64,000 nucleotides of DNA from Lama guanicoe (GCA_013239625.1 MU053881.1:9633957-9697956); one strand, 5' to 3'. Counted from the first letter of the stretch, positions 1 to 13,385 are shown. Program-made: numbers and translations. The notes: a model not told the origin generated them from the letters alone.

Positions 1-1226
1 AAGACAGTCTCTTCAGCAAATGGTGTTGGGCAAACTGGATAGCAGCATGTAAATCAATGAAGTTAGAATACTCCCTCACATCACACACAAAAATAAACTC
101 AAAATGGCTTAAAGACTTAAACATAAGATAAGATATAATAAATCTCCTAGAAGAAAGCATAGGCAAAACATTATCTCACATACATCTTGGCAATGTTTTC
201 CTAGAGCAGTCTGCCCAAGCAATAGAAATAAAAGTAACAATAAACAAATGGGACCTAATTAAACTTACATGCTTTTGCATAGAAAGGGAAACCATAAGCA
301 AAACAAAACAACAACCTACAGAATGGAAGAAAATATTTGCAAAAGATGAGACTGATAAGGGCTTGATTTCCAGAATATATAAACAGCTCATATGACTTAG
401 TAAGAAAAAAAACAAATAACCCAATCCAAAAATGGGCAGAATACCTAAACAAGCAATTCTCCAATGAAGACATATGAATGGCCAATAGGCACATGAAAAA
501 ATGCTCAATATCACTAATTATCAGAGAAATGCAAATCAAAACTACAATGAGGCTAAAAATAGAGTTACCATATGATCCAGCTATCCCACTCCTGGGTATA
601 TATTCCAAAGAAAACTCTAATTTGAAAAGATACATGCACCCCAATGTTCATAGCAGCACTATTTACAATAGCCAAGACATGGAAGCAACCTAAATGTCCA
701 TTGACAGATGATTGTATAAAGAAGCTGTGGTATATTTATACAATGCAATACTACTCAGCCATAAAAAATGATAAAATAAGGCCACTTGCACCAACGTGGA
801 TGGCCCTGGAGAATGTCATTCTAAGTGAAGTAAGCCAGAAGGAGAAAGACTAATAAATACCACATGATATCACTTATACATAGAACCTAAAAAAAAGACA
901 AATGAACTTATTTACAAAACAGAAACAGACTCACAGACATAGAAAACAAACTTATGGTTACCATGGGGGAAGTGGGTGGGAAGGGATAAACCGGGAGTTT
1001 GAGATTTGTAGATACTGACTAATATATATAAAATAGATAAACAAGTCTATACTGTATAGCACAGGGAACTATATTTAATGTCTGTAGTAGCTTATGGTGA
1101 AAAAGAATATGAAAATGAATATATGTATGTCCATATACGACTGAAGCATTGTGCTGCATACCAGAAATTGACACAACATTGTAAACTGACTATATCTCAG
1201 TTAAAAAAAAATAAATAAAAAATAAA
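1..1226 (+). mobile_element. LINE-1 3' portion (ORF2 C-terminus, 3'UTR, A-tail), fairly young cetartiodactyl/camelid-type, non-functional
   Basis: Translates to L1 ORF2 C-terminal peptides ([12 protein letters not shown] at the start; [34 protein letters not shown]...LSEVSQKEKD). G-rich 3'UTR and A-rich tail at 1203-1226. Frameshifts and an internal deletion near 551. Truncated by the window start. Confidence 0.95.
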
Positions 1227-1409
1227 TGCATCTTTCTGGCAACATACAGAATTTAAGTCTGCTCTTCACATTTACAAATGTTTCATTTTAAAATGTATTA
1301 CTTGCTCATCCATACCATTTGAACATTATTTTGCCAACTTTTAAATTCAAATACTTGCTAGTTTGTGCCACAGTCAATAGGATATGGGAGTGTATTATAT
1401 ACTGGGGAG

Positions 1410-1590
1410 TCCCCTGACTCTGACACAACTTGTTCTGTGCAAATAACCTAAGCTTTCATAACCTAAAAATTAGGACATAATAGCACCTATTTCACAGAAA
1501 TGTTTTGAAGATGAAACTCCAAAATCCATCAAAGCTCCTAGTACGGTGCCTGGGACACAGACCCCTACAGTATTTGTCAGTTGTCAGTGT
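1410..1590 (+). mobile_element. MIR SINE remnant
   Basis: MIR core-like text (ataatagcacctatttcacagaaatgttttgaagatgaaa...gtacggtgcctgggacacag). Confidence 0.65.
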
Positions 1591-2184
1591 TGTCATTGTG
1601 GTTACCGTCCTTCCAAGGTCACATGTCTGAAATCATCAACAGAGATTTGGGGCTCATTTCCTAATGACTCCCCCCTGGCCAGGAGAACTGGGGCAGTGAT
1701 GGAGACGCTGGGAGATGTCTTCAGTTTGCAAAGGGATTTCACAAACAATGCAAAAACTGGAAAGAGAGGGCAACAAAGAGTGACAACAGGTAAAATCAAG
1801 TGGTTCTAATTTCCCAGCTTAGTTCGAATCATTTTCCTCCTGAACACTAGAAATTGACCTCTACACATGAAAAGGAGCTCCTCCTCCATCAGCATGTCCC
1901 AGGCAGGGTTCTAGGTAATGCAGGTGAGTGAGAGAGGGGCCAGTCTGGCTGAACCCATCGCCAGTGCCCAGAAGTGACCACTGCCAAATACCACACTCCT
2001 AGTCACCTTCCTCCCCAGGGCAAGTGGTATTTTCAGACTGCTGGCACTACCTTCTCTAACTCCTCTGAAAGCCTTTCAGCCCTCCACCAAGACTCCTGGT
2101 AATATGGAATAAATATTGGGTGCTAGCTGCCTGATCTTCCAGACAGGAAGAGGGCTTGCCACAAAGCCCTGGAGAGGATGGAAT

Positions 2185-2400
2185 TTAAATCACAGCAGAC
2201 CTGAGTTTGAATTGTGTCCCTCTCACTAGTAAGTATAACCTCAGACAAGATTCCTCAGACCGCCCGAGCCTCAGTCTATTTATCTGCAAAATGGAGGCAG
2301 AGGGCAAAATCCTACTCACATGAAATTGAATAAGACGGAAAGACAATGTTTCAAGAATGCAGCAGGCAGACAACAAACCTTAATCACAATTTTTGCTGTC
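2185..2400 (+). mobile_element. MIR SINE remnant
   Basis: cagacctgagtttgaatt...cactagtaag...gagcctcagtctatttatctgcaaaatggag matches the recalled MIR core. Confidence 0.7.
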
Positions 2401-3289
2401 TTTGCTCAGCTATCATGCTTATTTTGGTACCTTGATAATCAGATTATAAGGAAATGACAGAAGCAGAATTGTCTGATCAAGACTACGCGTCTTTAAAAGA
2501 CCAATTGACAAGAGTGGACAGAATTTTAGGACCTTGGGTAAACTTGCTTTGTTTTCATTTTGTTTTATTCTTCTCAAGTTTTCAACCTGGCAATCAGAGC
2601 CCAGCAAAGCAATATGGTGCTCTGATTTCCTCCTTAGAAACTCTGCGGCCTTCATTGTCTTTATAGCTACAACTTTAGCAGTTAATTATATCCTACCTTG
2701 TAATAATTAGGTGTCCTTATAATGAAGTCTGTTTACCCACTTGTGCGGTTCTGATCCTTTAATCTCTCTTGAATTTTAGTTTTTAATGCTAATAAGAGCC
2801 ACAATTTAACAATTTTATTACTAAATCAAATTGCAAGAATATTTTAAGGAAGATTCACGAATGGGTTGAATCTAAAAACAACTTTTATAATTAGGAATAG
2901 TACCAAATCATAAGAAGCAGCCTCAATGGTAGAAGCACACAGAGCTTGTGCGCCTGCCCAGCAAACAGCGGCACAGCCTTGGGCCAGTCACTGACCTTCA
3001 TCTTCAGACCTGTTGGATAAGCCTGCAGGAGTCAGCTATCTGCCTCAGCTAGATCACAAATTTATTTTAAAGATAAGTTAGGAATTCCCTATGATACTAA
3101 GACGGCTGTTAATTTTAGGCAAGAGATATGTTACTGGCTTTGTTATTTCAGATCATGTTAATTACAAATTTAAAAGCCTTCTGCTACAATGTAGAATAAA
3201 AATAGTCATGGTCAGTGTGCATGGCATATTCAATTCAACACGGCGCAATGATGAAATCACCAGGCTTTACCGTTAAACTGCTTGGGTTT

Positions 3290-3470
3290 AGCATGTGATA
3301 CAAACATTTAATAACCATGAGTTCCAAGGCAAATCTTAATCCCCTATATTCCTTAAACTCCTCCTGGGTAAAACAGGGCTGATAACAATATCTGACTTAT
3401 GGGGTTGTTGTCAGGATTACATAGATAACTCACTCAATGACTGGTACATAGTAAATGTTAGCTATTAGTA
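3290..3470 (+). mobile_element. MIR SINE remnant
   Basis: gtaaaacagggctgataacaatatctgacttatggggttgttgtcaggatt...ctggtacatagtaaatgttagctatt matches the MIR 3' half. Confidence 0.7.
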
Positions 3471-4960
3471 CTTTTTTATTAGTGACGTAGAATTACATAA
3501 AAATCTGCTTTCTGAAGTATCAAATACACCCCGTATTTTACAATAGGCATTATAAAAATCTGTCAATTGGATAAATGGAAATGATTTTTTGACCAGTATA
3601 TTTCACTCATCAAATATTCAGTAACAAACAATGCATGCTTTAAGGCAATGCATTTACCAAATGTTATTTATTAGGTTTTCATCTGCGTTGACACATCAGA
3701 TAATATATATTGATTAAAATTAAATACCTTATTAATTATACTACAACTAAACTTTATTTTTTTTCAAAATTTAAATTTCTGTTAAGATTTTACATATGGG
3801 ATTTTATGTAACTACATTGAAATCTATGTTTTCAAATTTATTGTTGAAAATTCCTTTATAGTATAATTATAAAAAGAGGTACAGTTAAATAAACAAAGAC
3901 AGTAAAAGTCATTCAAAAGCACATCAGCCAGTGATAACTGCTGCTTCCATGTGGGTTTAACACCATTCTAGCCATCCCTCTATAAATAAATTCATATGGA
4001 ATTCACAAAATTGTGCATAAATAGGACAATGCCATCCATCTCTTTTTATTCCAAACCCTTTTCTCTAAAAGAAATGTACTTTCTAGATTACTGATCGCAG
4101 GTCATCTGGGTCCACGGCTGATTCAATCAAATTATTTTAACTTTTCATTTAATGTTTATAGGAAATTTGAGAAATCTAAATATTCTTTTTAAAAGTATTA
4201 CAAAACAAGCAATTTAAATTAATTAAATATCATTGACATTTGGGGAGTCATTTAGGGATGCCTCAATTTGCATCTTTGAGATAGATTTTTCCATCATTAA
4301 ACATATAAATCAGAAAAGTTAAATAAATATCAGAGTACATATTTTACACAAGTGCCACAAAACCAAATGATCTAGACAAATTCACAGAAAGTCAGAGAAT
4401 AGAAGTAAAATTTGCAAGATGTTATCTTCATTCAAACTACCAGTTTTCTTAACGGAAATTAAGTTTATAGGCTGAAAAGAAATATGAGCAATTTTCCCTT
4501 TAGATATAAAGAGAATGATATTACAGTGCAAGGAGTGGGAGATTAGTAAATGCAAATTAATTGACTTCTTTCTAATGCATAAACATAAAGGTTTCAGAGA
4601 CATAAAAATATGAGTATGTGGGTTTCATTCCACACAGCAGAAGAAAATGAAATGATGCGGTCAAACAAGTGAATTTCAGAGTTCTCAAGACATTTTGCAT
4701 TCTACTCTTCCTATAAATGTTTAGAGACCAGAGCCTTACTTGAAAAAGAAATATTCCAAGTCCAAAGAAAAGATCTTTCTACTAATTTAGCATGGAAATT
4801 TGATAATGAGGCATTTGGACTTGCAATGAAATAAATTTTATGATGCAGACAATTGTTAATTGATCTGGATATACTAAGACCCACCAGCTAGTACCATTCT
4901 CCTATTTATTTGATAAACATTTAATAGATCATATACCAGATACTAATTCAAGCTCAAGAT

Positions 4961-5270
4961 CTATGCTGTCCAACAGAGGAGCCACCAGCCACACAGGGCA
5001 ATTTACTGGCTACAGAGCACTTACAATGTGGCTAGTCTGCAGTGACACATGCTGTAAAATGCACACACGATTTCACAGGTTCAGTATGAAAAATGTAAAC
5101 TAGCTTGATAACATTTTTTTGTACTGGTTACACATTGAAAAGATAATGCTTGATATCATATATTAATTAACATGATTAATTTTACCACCTTCTTTCCATT
5201 ATTTTCAATGTGCCTATTAGAAATTTTAAAATAACATGGGGTTTGCATTACATTTCTATGGGACAGCCTT
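4961..5270 (-). mobile_element. MER33-like hAT-Charlie non-autonomous DNA transposon
   Basis: Terminal inverted-repeat remnants (gctgtccaa ... tgggacagc). Internal tgtggctagtc...gctgtaaaatgcacac...aatgtgcctattagaaattttaaaataacat matches the recalled MER33 consensus in reverse. Confidence 0.8.
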
Positions 5271-8200
5271 CCCTCAGAAGATGACAGTAGTTAAGAAGGA
5301 AATCAGATCTTTGTATCTGCATCTGAGTGTTTATGGGCAGGCACTAAAGCTGTTTAAGGACCTGGGGCAGAACCTGAGGGAGGAGCACTGAAGTGGGAGC
5401 TGCAAGCCAAGCCCTGAAATGTTGCCATCTAGTCCTATGCATCAGAAAGACACATCGAAAGTCACAGAAAGGCAAAGCTATTAGATACAAACAAGGAAAA
5501 TATAACGCTGCTTTGTGCAAAGAAATCTCTCCAGTGAAGTGATGGCTGTCCAATGCATCTCACTTCTCTTATCCAAAGGAGAGCATGAGGTCAATCTGTG
5601 GTGCAGAAAGTACCCCTGGGGTGGTGGGCATGCTCCTCTGTCTACAGGGGAGGGAGGAGGAGCTCATATTTTATTTGCTTTTAATGGCAAATTTGTACAG
5701 TGGAGCAAAGAGAGCAACCTCATCACATATGCTATTTGAAATGCATTGATATCCCCAAGCTAGCTAGGCTGGATCTGAGGAGGACAGAGCCCCGAGAAAA
5801 CATTTCAAAACATCCGGAGGTCCCTGAAGCCTCCCAGAGGATCTGAAGGCCCACTGCGGCTGTGACAAACAGATTACAGAACTGTCAAGTATATGTTAGA
5901 GATAATTAGCAGAGCACACTCTTTGGTGCCTCTGACCGACATCGCACGTATCGACAAGGTATGCTTACAATAAACGTAAAACAGCATCTTTCTATTTTTG
6001 TATTTTATTCCCTCTAAAACATGTGGGCAAATAAGCCTCGTTTTCTCACTATATGGAATCTCTGAATTTTCACTCTTTAGGATAACACTTCAATTAATGT
6101 AAATCATCTTCGCTCCCACAGAGAGATTTCCACAATAGCCTGTCAAATTCTAGCATAATTTTGCTCAGAGTACGTGGTTCCTATCATAGAGATGCACCAA
6201 ACCAATCAAAACACAATCATATTTTCGACGTTCAAATACAGAATCTGGGATCCAAAGCTTATGTTCAAAGATTTCAATAAAAGTGGGAAAAAAAATCGAC
6301 AGAAGTGGAAAAGACATGCCACGTAATACCAATTCATTAGGCAATTTTGAAAGGGTCGAATCTTATTTTGCTTAAGGCTTATCTGATAGAGAAATTCCTG
6401 GAGATTTATAAAATATTCACTCTCTTCCTGCTTATTTTTGAATGAATAAATATGAGGCCCATTTTATACAGAATCACTCTAACTTGAACTAATAATCGTG
6501 CATCGCAGCCTAGAATAATGTTTGCTTCAGAGGGATAAATCTAAAAAGGAATGCAAAAGAAATCATTAAGTCAGACAGTAATTATAATTAATTTATAGAT
6601 AGTTGAGGTTCGTTCGTTTTTGCCAAAGTATGTAAAATAGCATTTACACGGAGGCTCAGAGGACAATTAAAACAGTACTCCATCACATAAAGACCGTTTA
6701 CTTGCTGAATAGCATTAGGATACAATATATAATTTACCATATACCATTTTCAAAGACAAACTGGCTCAAGAAGAAACCTGCAGGTCTCTGTGTAACCCCT
6801 GATGATTCATTTCCTTTACTTTGAGGAACGGACATGGGTCCTTTGGAGAAATTTTGAAATCTTGAAGGAAAAAAAAAAAAACCTTGCCAAAAGACATTGC
6901 TTGAGATTGAGTTACAGTGAAACATTCTGGGGCATTGGATTTGCATTGAAACATATAAACAGATTTACAAAATTATCATCATGTCTTTTTAAATATGGAT
7001 AGATGGAGAGCTAACCCATGGAATAAAAGAATGCTTTCAAAATCATTAAAAGAGTTTTGAATTCTGTGTACGGTAGCCATCTCTTTTTAACCCATTTCCC
7101 AGAGTGCTCAGTCACGATCATAGTTTAGTAATCATCATATCTGACCCCAGTCTATCAGCAAACTCTTTAATTGTTCATCTGACCCCCTCAACTATCTCCC
7201 ACGACAGCCTCAAAGAGTAACTTAATTGTTCATCGTATTAATCCCCTGATGCAGAGACGCCTGAACTTCTTTCCTACACTTTCACCACCCAGGGAAGGTT
7301 ATTCAAGAGAGCAAGAGAACAAGTTATCAAGTGAACCAACCACCTAAAACTTTACGTCAATGCACAGTCAACCTTGGAGAGAGCATGACCTGGAGTATGG
7401 AATAACTGGAGGATACAAACAGCCACAGCATTCCACCAAATGGTATCAAACTACAAAAGAAGCCGATGGAAGAAAGTTTAGGGCATTCGGTTTATAAGGA
7501 ATTTGGTTTCCAAATACAGGAACACTGACCAGGGCTGGTCTACAGCAATTTTTCACAGTAGGAAATTTTTCACAGAAAAATTAATAGATTCAATACGGTT
7601 ATCTAGTCTGTGTACAAAATCTTTTGAAGCACCTTTAAGTTTGCTTTATTGGCACTCAATTTGAAATGATCAATTTACTACAAATCATAATTGATTCATA
7701 TCTTTGCATTAAGAATAAGCACCAGTGGGACTTCTCTTACTTTATCAGCCATCACTATGTTTTCTCTGTAATTGGCTGAAAATAATGAAATTGTATTTCC
7801 TTAAAAAAATAATTCATATTTATCCCCTTCAGTCACACTACTCAGCACACACACACACACATTTTCTCTCATTCACACATGCACATCGACTTATTATAGG
7901 TCAACTGAATTGGAAGGGATTTACTCTGTGTTCAATATTTCAGAATAAGAAAGGGAAAAGGCGGTGGAGAAATGTGGAAGTAACATGTGTTGGCAATATT
8001 TTGAAAACTAAAGATCCCTATTCCAAATGTCATATACATATAATTTTATTTTGGGATTTTCTAAAAGTACAATCACTAAACAGATGAAGCTGTTAGAATA
8101 TTAAAATAAAAGGCTATGTTCTAAATTTTTAATACAAATAATGCCTATTTTAATCACACTGCTGTCAGATCTAATGGCATTGATAAAAATTAAGGCTACC

Positions 8201-9704
8201 TCAATTCCAATTAATTTCAGAGCTAAAACACTATTGTATAAGGTGCTAGTGGAAATAATGCTGCTCTTCCTGAAGAAGAAATAAAAATGAACTGGTTATT
8301 TCCTTCCCATGTTCATCCCACCAGCATGAACTGTATCCTTTAAGATAAAAATTCTCCCAGAAAAATAAATATAACCACACTCCCAACAAGAAATCAGCAT
8401 GATTACTATATTAAAAAAAAATATGGTCCCAGAAAATCACTATATTAAGTAGCAAACCAATGCCTTCATCTCTGTCATTACCCTCCCCCTAATTAATTAA
8501 AGATTGGCACAGTGTAAGAACTAAATTTATTTTCAATTAAAATAAGAAGCCCGTATGTCATGATAATTTTTTTGCTACTATTTCTAATGTGCAAAACAAA
8601 GGTTTGCTGTTAGCACTGAACACAATAATCAAAACAAATCCTTTAATTTTCAATAACTGCAAGGAGACTTGAAGGGTCGCTCTCCTAGCAAGGTACTACC
8701 TCAATGGCTAATCCTATTAAGAACTGAGCCATGCACCTCCACTAAATCCTCTGGGGAATTTGAGGAATCAAAGGCTTACTGCACACTTAGAAGGCAACGA
8801 CTTTGGTAAAGGGCTCTATTCTATGAGGAACAAAAGAATACCCCTTGTGTACTTAAATATCATCTGCTTTTCCTTCCAAAATACTCCATTTTTAAGTAAA
8901 GATATGTGATTTCAATGTATTTAGAGTTTAGCTTTTGGCATCACTCTCGCTTCTGAGCACAAGTGCCATCTGCGGGCCCCATGGCTCACACATAATGATA
9001 TGCTTACAAGCTGCTTCTCTTTTCTGCACAATGTACCCTTTTCACTTTAACATACATTTTCCATAAATTTTTGAATAACAAATTGGGCTGGTGGAAGTTT
9101 GTTGAAACGGGACAAGGGAAATGCCCGTAGGCTAGAAAGCGGCGATTTTACTAAAGCAATTGGCGCAGTGGAAAATATCCACCCCACGCCTCCCCCACTG
9201 CCACCCCGCCCCTCCCTATATACCTCTCCTGAGCTGCGATGGATGCTTTAAAATTGCACAGGAAACTTCTCCCCTCGATATATTAGGTCTGTACGTTCAC
9301 TTGGGCAAAGAGCCCACATGCCTGCCATCCATTACACCTGCTGGGTGACAAACAGATGAGAGTCACCCTGCAGACTCCCAGCGTTTGATCTCCTGATATC
9401 GCCAGATGTCCCCCATTTACATTCAAACATAACCGCCGTCATTAATGCAACTCGCCCGACTGACATTTAATGGGGGGAAAAAGTTGAATTCTAATCTAAA
9501 ACCCTAACTATCCAAAGCTTTTGGGATGTGAATATAGACACTAGTAAATATGTTTCAATTGGTGTAACTGATTTCATTGTTAAGACTGGGAGCTGGTACA
9601 GATGGTCAGATTTTGTACATATTTCAAAAGAGAAGACCTGTATTTTGCTCCATTTGCCTTCTGAATTTTGAATTTAAACAGTAAATCTGCCTTTATCTGC
9701 TATA

Positions 9705-9987
9705 TTCTTTTTCTTAATGGAAGTATAGTTGATTTACAAAGTTGGGTTAGTTACTGACGTGCAGCCTAGTGATTCAGTTATACATATATATATATATAAT
9801 TCTTGTTCATATTCTTTTTCATTATAGGTTATTACAAAGTATTAAATATAACTCCCTGTGCTATTCAGTAGGACCTTGTTGTTTATCTATTTTGTATATA
9901 GTAGTTTGTATCTGCTAATCCCAAACTCCTACTTTATCCCTCCCCAACCTTTCCCCTTTGGTAACCTTAAGTTTGTTTTTGATGTCT
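9705..9987 (-). mobile_element. LINE-1 3'UTR fragment, older artiodactyl-type
   Basis: Reverse-orientation L1 3'UTR (gattcagttatacatata...ccctgtgctattcagtaggaccttgttgtttatct...ctaatcccaaactcct), homologous to the 3'UTR at 950-1200. Confidence 0.85.
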
Positions 9988-10829
9988 TAAATACAGTAAG
10001 AATAATCTTGATTGTTGGCTCCACTTCAAATATACCACTTACTAAGTGAGTAAATTAGTAAAAAAAAAAACAACAAAAGTCAAGAAAGTCTTGGAAAAGG
10101 TAAATCTTAGTTTCTCACCCACCTACCTCCCTAAACAGCACCCCAAAACTGCTTACTGGTAAGATTCAACTGGAGAACTTAGGGAAAAAAGACAGAAATC
10201 AAATGTACACATGTCACTCCCGATCAGTAAGAGTTCTGCAAAGGTGAGATCCAGAATATTTTACATTTCTATGCTTTTTTTGAAATTGTTCCTAGACCTT
10301 GAACTTGGCACATTCCTGGAAGTATATTCAGGAACTATTCATGAGAACCTGATTAACAGCTTGACTTTTTGAGACTTTCTTTCCCATCCTTTCTTTTATG
10401 CAGAAAATATTTACAGTGTACCTACTCTGGGCCTGGCACTGAGCACTAGGGATACAGAGAATCTGTTCAGATACAAGGTTTATCTCTGGAGAGTCAAAAG
10501 GTGAGTTTAGGAACAGACTCCAGGCTACCTAATACTATGAGAGCAGAGAGATTCTTGTACGAGGACTAAAGGGAGTGAAAAAGCCCTGAGCTACCTTCCA
10601 ACAATTTACAATGTGCCTACCAATTTGGACATTTCTACACGATTTGGGAAGGAAACCTACTAGACTTACCAGAAAGATCTCAACATCCATGCCTGAGAGA
10701 GGCTCTGATTGTTCAGGGGAAAAAGGGCAAACTTAAGCACTGAAGAGGAAGCCAGAAAGATGTTAGCTGCTTCCTGCATACTTCCTCTGCTTATACTTAG
10801 ATCTCCCTTCTTCTAGCTGCTCTCCCTCT

Positions 10830-11095
10830 GGATTGAAGAGATGTTATCTTCAGAGAGGTCGTTAATGAGCACCTGCCCAGGACCCCCAGTGGCTCTCCCA
10901 CAACCCCTGGTCCTTGTTTTCCTCCTCTCACTCACTGCGATAGGCAGTCGTCCTGTTCGTTTGTTTATTCATCTCTTATCTGTCTCCCTACATCAGAGCA
11001 GAGACCTTGCCTGTCAGTCCCCTGTCCCCAGGACCTAGAACAACACCTGGCATGAAGTGGGTATCCGATACATGTTGAATGAATGCATTAATGAA
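10830..11095 (+). mobile_element. L2 LINE 3' end
   Basis: gagcagagaccttgcctgtc...ccccaggacctagaacaacacctggcatgaagtgggt...tgttgaatgaatg is the typical L2 terminus. Confidence 0.75.
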
Positions 11096-12544
11096 CCCAA
11101 AATAGTTATACCTACTATTCCTTGATCTCTGCCATCATCAGATCCAGATTTATTTTCAGTATATCTTCTAGGATTTAGAATATTAGTGAAGTTTTCATCT
11201 GAAGTCCAACCTGATTCTTTTTTATGATTTTTTTGGGGGTCTGTTATCTAGCTTTTATCCACGGTGGGGTGCTTACACTTGAACTCAGCTCAGCAGCAAT
11301 CCACGTTTATGCAAAACCAACACATCTTCAGTCCATCTCTCATTATAACTTATAAAGTATCCTAATGCCTCTCGGCAGTGTTAGAGTTCCAAATCTTATT
11401 TGAATCTTACACTCCATACTAAAGAAGAAGAACAACAGGAAAACAAATCCCCTCAAAGGAAAAAAAAAAAATCCTTGAGGAATTTCTGTTTCAAGGTCAA
11501 GGCAATAGAGGACAAACCCAGACCATCAGCTCCCAGAGTAAAAGGAATTAAACAATGAAATCATTGATTTAAGGCTTCCAGTAATAATGGCAAAATATTA
11601 AATTAGGCTTAAAATTACTAAGAACTCTCAAGCCACGTTTATTTTAGCTCTTTTTCCCTCCAGCTGCTCAAAACCTCCCTGCAATTCAATGGCACCTTCT
11701 AATGGAAAGGGAGCTCAGAGTCTATTGACAGTTCCATGACAAGTCATACTTCACCTTGCATTGTCCAGTCTCCTTAGCTGTTCATTATCTTGACTGCTGT
11801 GCCTACGAGATAATGACACACTCTGCTTCTACCCCTGACTGTAACACATTTTTGCTCCAGGGTCCTTTTTAATTGAGACACACTGTCTGCATTACTGTTT
11901 TGGGTGCAAAAGTAAACACGTTTAACACAAGAATTTCAGTTGGTATTTGCTTCACCAAAAGGAAGTGTGTAAAAAGTCACTGGCCTCTAGAAAAGGGATG
12001 GAATGTTCCTTTTGAGACATTTAATGTTTTTACTCTTTTCTTTAACTGTCATGAACACCTGACACTTCGGGGGATGTGATGATCAATGATCTCTGTGAGG
12101 GAAAAAAAACGTTATGGTCACATCTTTACCAATTCCCTGACTGTCCCAAACTCATCCAGGAAGTACTGAGTAATGTCTACTCAACCGTAAAGCATAAAAT
12201 TGACTGAAAATGTTTTGGCTCTTAAAAAACAGAGGCGGGGGGAGAATCTAATAAATTGTGCCTGGTAAATTATCTGTGTTCCTGGTACATCCAACTGAGT
12301 AGCCCGCCACTGACTCGAACAGAAATGCCCAGCTTCAAGATTAGTGGCAGCTGATCATGGCCAAAATGTGGCTCTTGTCTAGCAGACATTCTCAGAATTT
12401 GAACGCTTTGAATAAAAATAAGTGAATTATTTCTGCCAAGAAGTATATTTCCAAAAATAAATACATGCATGAGGAGCATTAGGGTTTATTCTCTCATTAG
12501 CTGGCAAAACCCAAAAAGGATGGTGTGCTAACCACAGAAGAATC

Positions 12545-12760
12545 ATAGCATGTTAAGTACTGTGCAGATCTTCATTTTATCCCATGCAATTGTTACAACC
12601 ATACCGATGATATGGGAACACTCACCACTCTCATTTCACGAACGAGAACACCTAGGCGTGGGAATAGTAAACCTAGTGTCCAAGGACACACCATGGAGCT
12701 GGATCTTGAACCCAGATCTATCTGATACCCAACCCCAGGGTCTGAGCCAGCACTGGGCTA
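12545..12760 (-). mobile_element. MIR SINE remnant
   Basis: ctcatttcacgaacgagaacacctaggc...gtccaaggacaca...ggatcttgaacccagatctatctga matches the reverse MIR core. Confidence 0.7.
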
Positions 12761-13105
12761 TGCCTGTTCTCTTATACCTGAATTCTTTAGAGTTAGCATA
12801 TAAAAGCAGTCCAGTGGAGTTACCTAATGACTCTCATGTGTTCTTATATCCAAAAGTATATGGATTTACATTTTGAAAATATAAAATGGACTCACAAATT
12901 ATTCAGTATTCAGACTGACCTAAGATATTAATATTTTGGTAGCATTCCTTTTATTTATAAAGAGTCACGTTACTTGTTGTCTTTTCTAATCATTGTGGAA
13001 AACACACATTTTTTTCCAACACCATATACTTGGGAAAGGGGAAATGGAAGAAAGAGAATTTACTCCCTCTTCCAGAAAGACAGTAATTAACTGAGATTAA
13101 CACTC

Positions 13106-13121
13106 TGTGTGTGTGTGTGCA

Positions 13122-13153
<32 letters not shown>

Positions 13154-13180
13154 AGTGAACGAGAGAGAGAGAGAGAGAGA
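13106..13180. repeat. Compound (TG)n(GA)n microsatellite
   Basis: Interrupted TG run at 13106-13148 followed by a GA run at 13162-13180, read directly. Confidence 0.95.
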
Positions 13181-13219
13181 AGGTGGGAAGGGATTAATTG
13201 TTCACCACTCTTAGAAGTA

Positions 13220-13385
13220 AAATGATTCTTAAATGTTAACATGCAGAAGAGTCAGCTGGAAAAATTTCTAAATTTCAGATCATAAGCCCCTCCATCAGAG
13301 GTTCTGATTCAATAAGTGTCAGGTAAGATTAAGGAATCCGGATTTTTAATAAGCAACAACAGGTGATCCTACAATAAGACAGTCT
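13220..13385. mobile_element. MER5-like hAT MITE remnant
   Basis: gattcttaaatgttaacatgcagaagagtcagctgg...cagaggttctgattcaataagtg...ggaatccggatttttaataagc...caggtgatcct resembles MER5A/B. Confidence 0.6.

Noticed and set aside
176..853. Several 70-130 aa ORFs on both strands
   Set aside because: Fragments or antisense frames of L1 ORF2, not host genes.
1606..1756. Minus-strand exon-like unit (ctctctttccag|...GACG|gtaacc, 151 nt)
   Set aside because: Moderate donor, frame-shifting length and unrecognised peptide. Indistinguishable from a pseudo-exon.
2443..2537. Protein-like plus-strand frame YKEMTEAELSDQDYASLKDQLTRVDRILGPW ending at a GT
   Set aside because: Weak pyrimidine tract, opposite to the inferred host strand, and no recognised homology.
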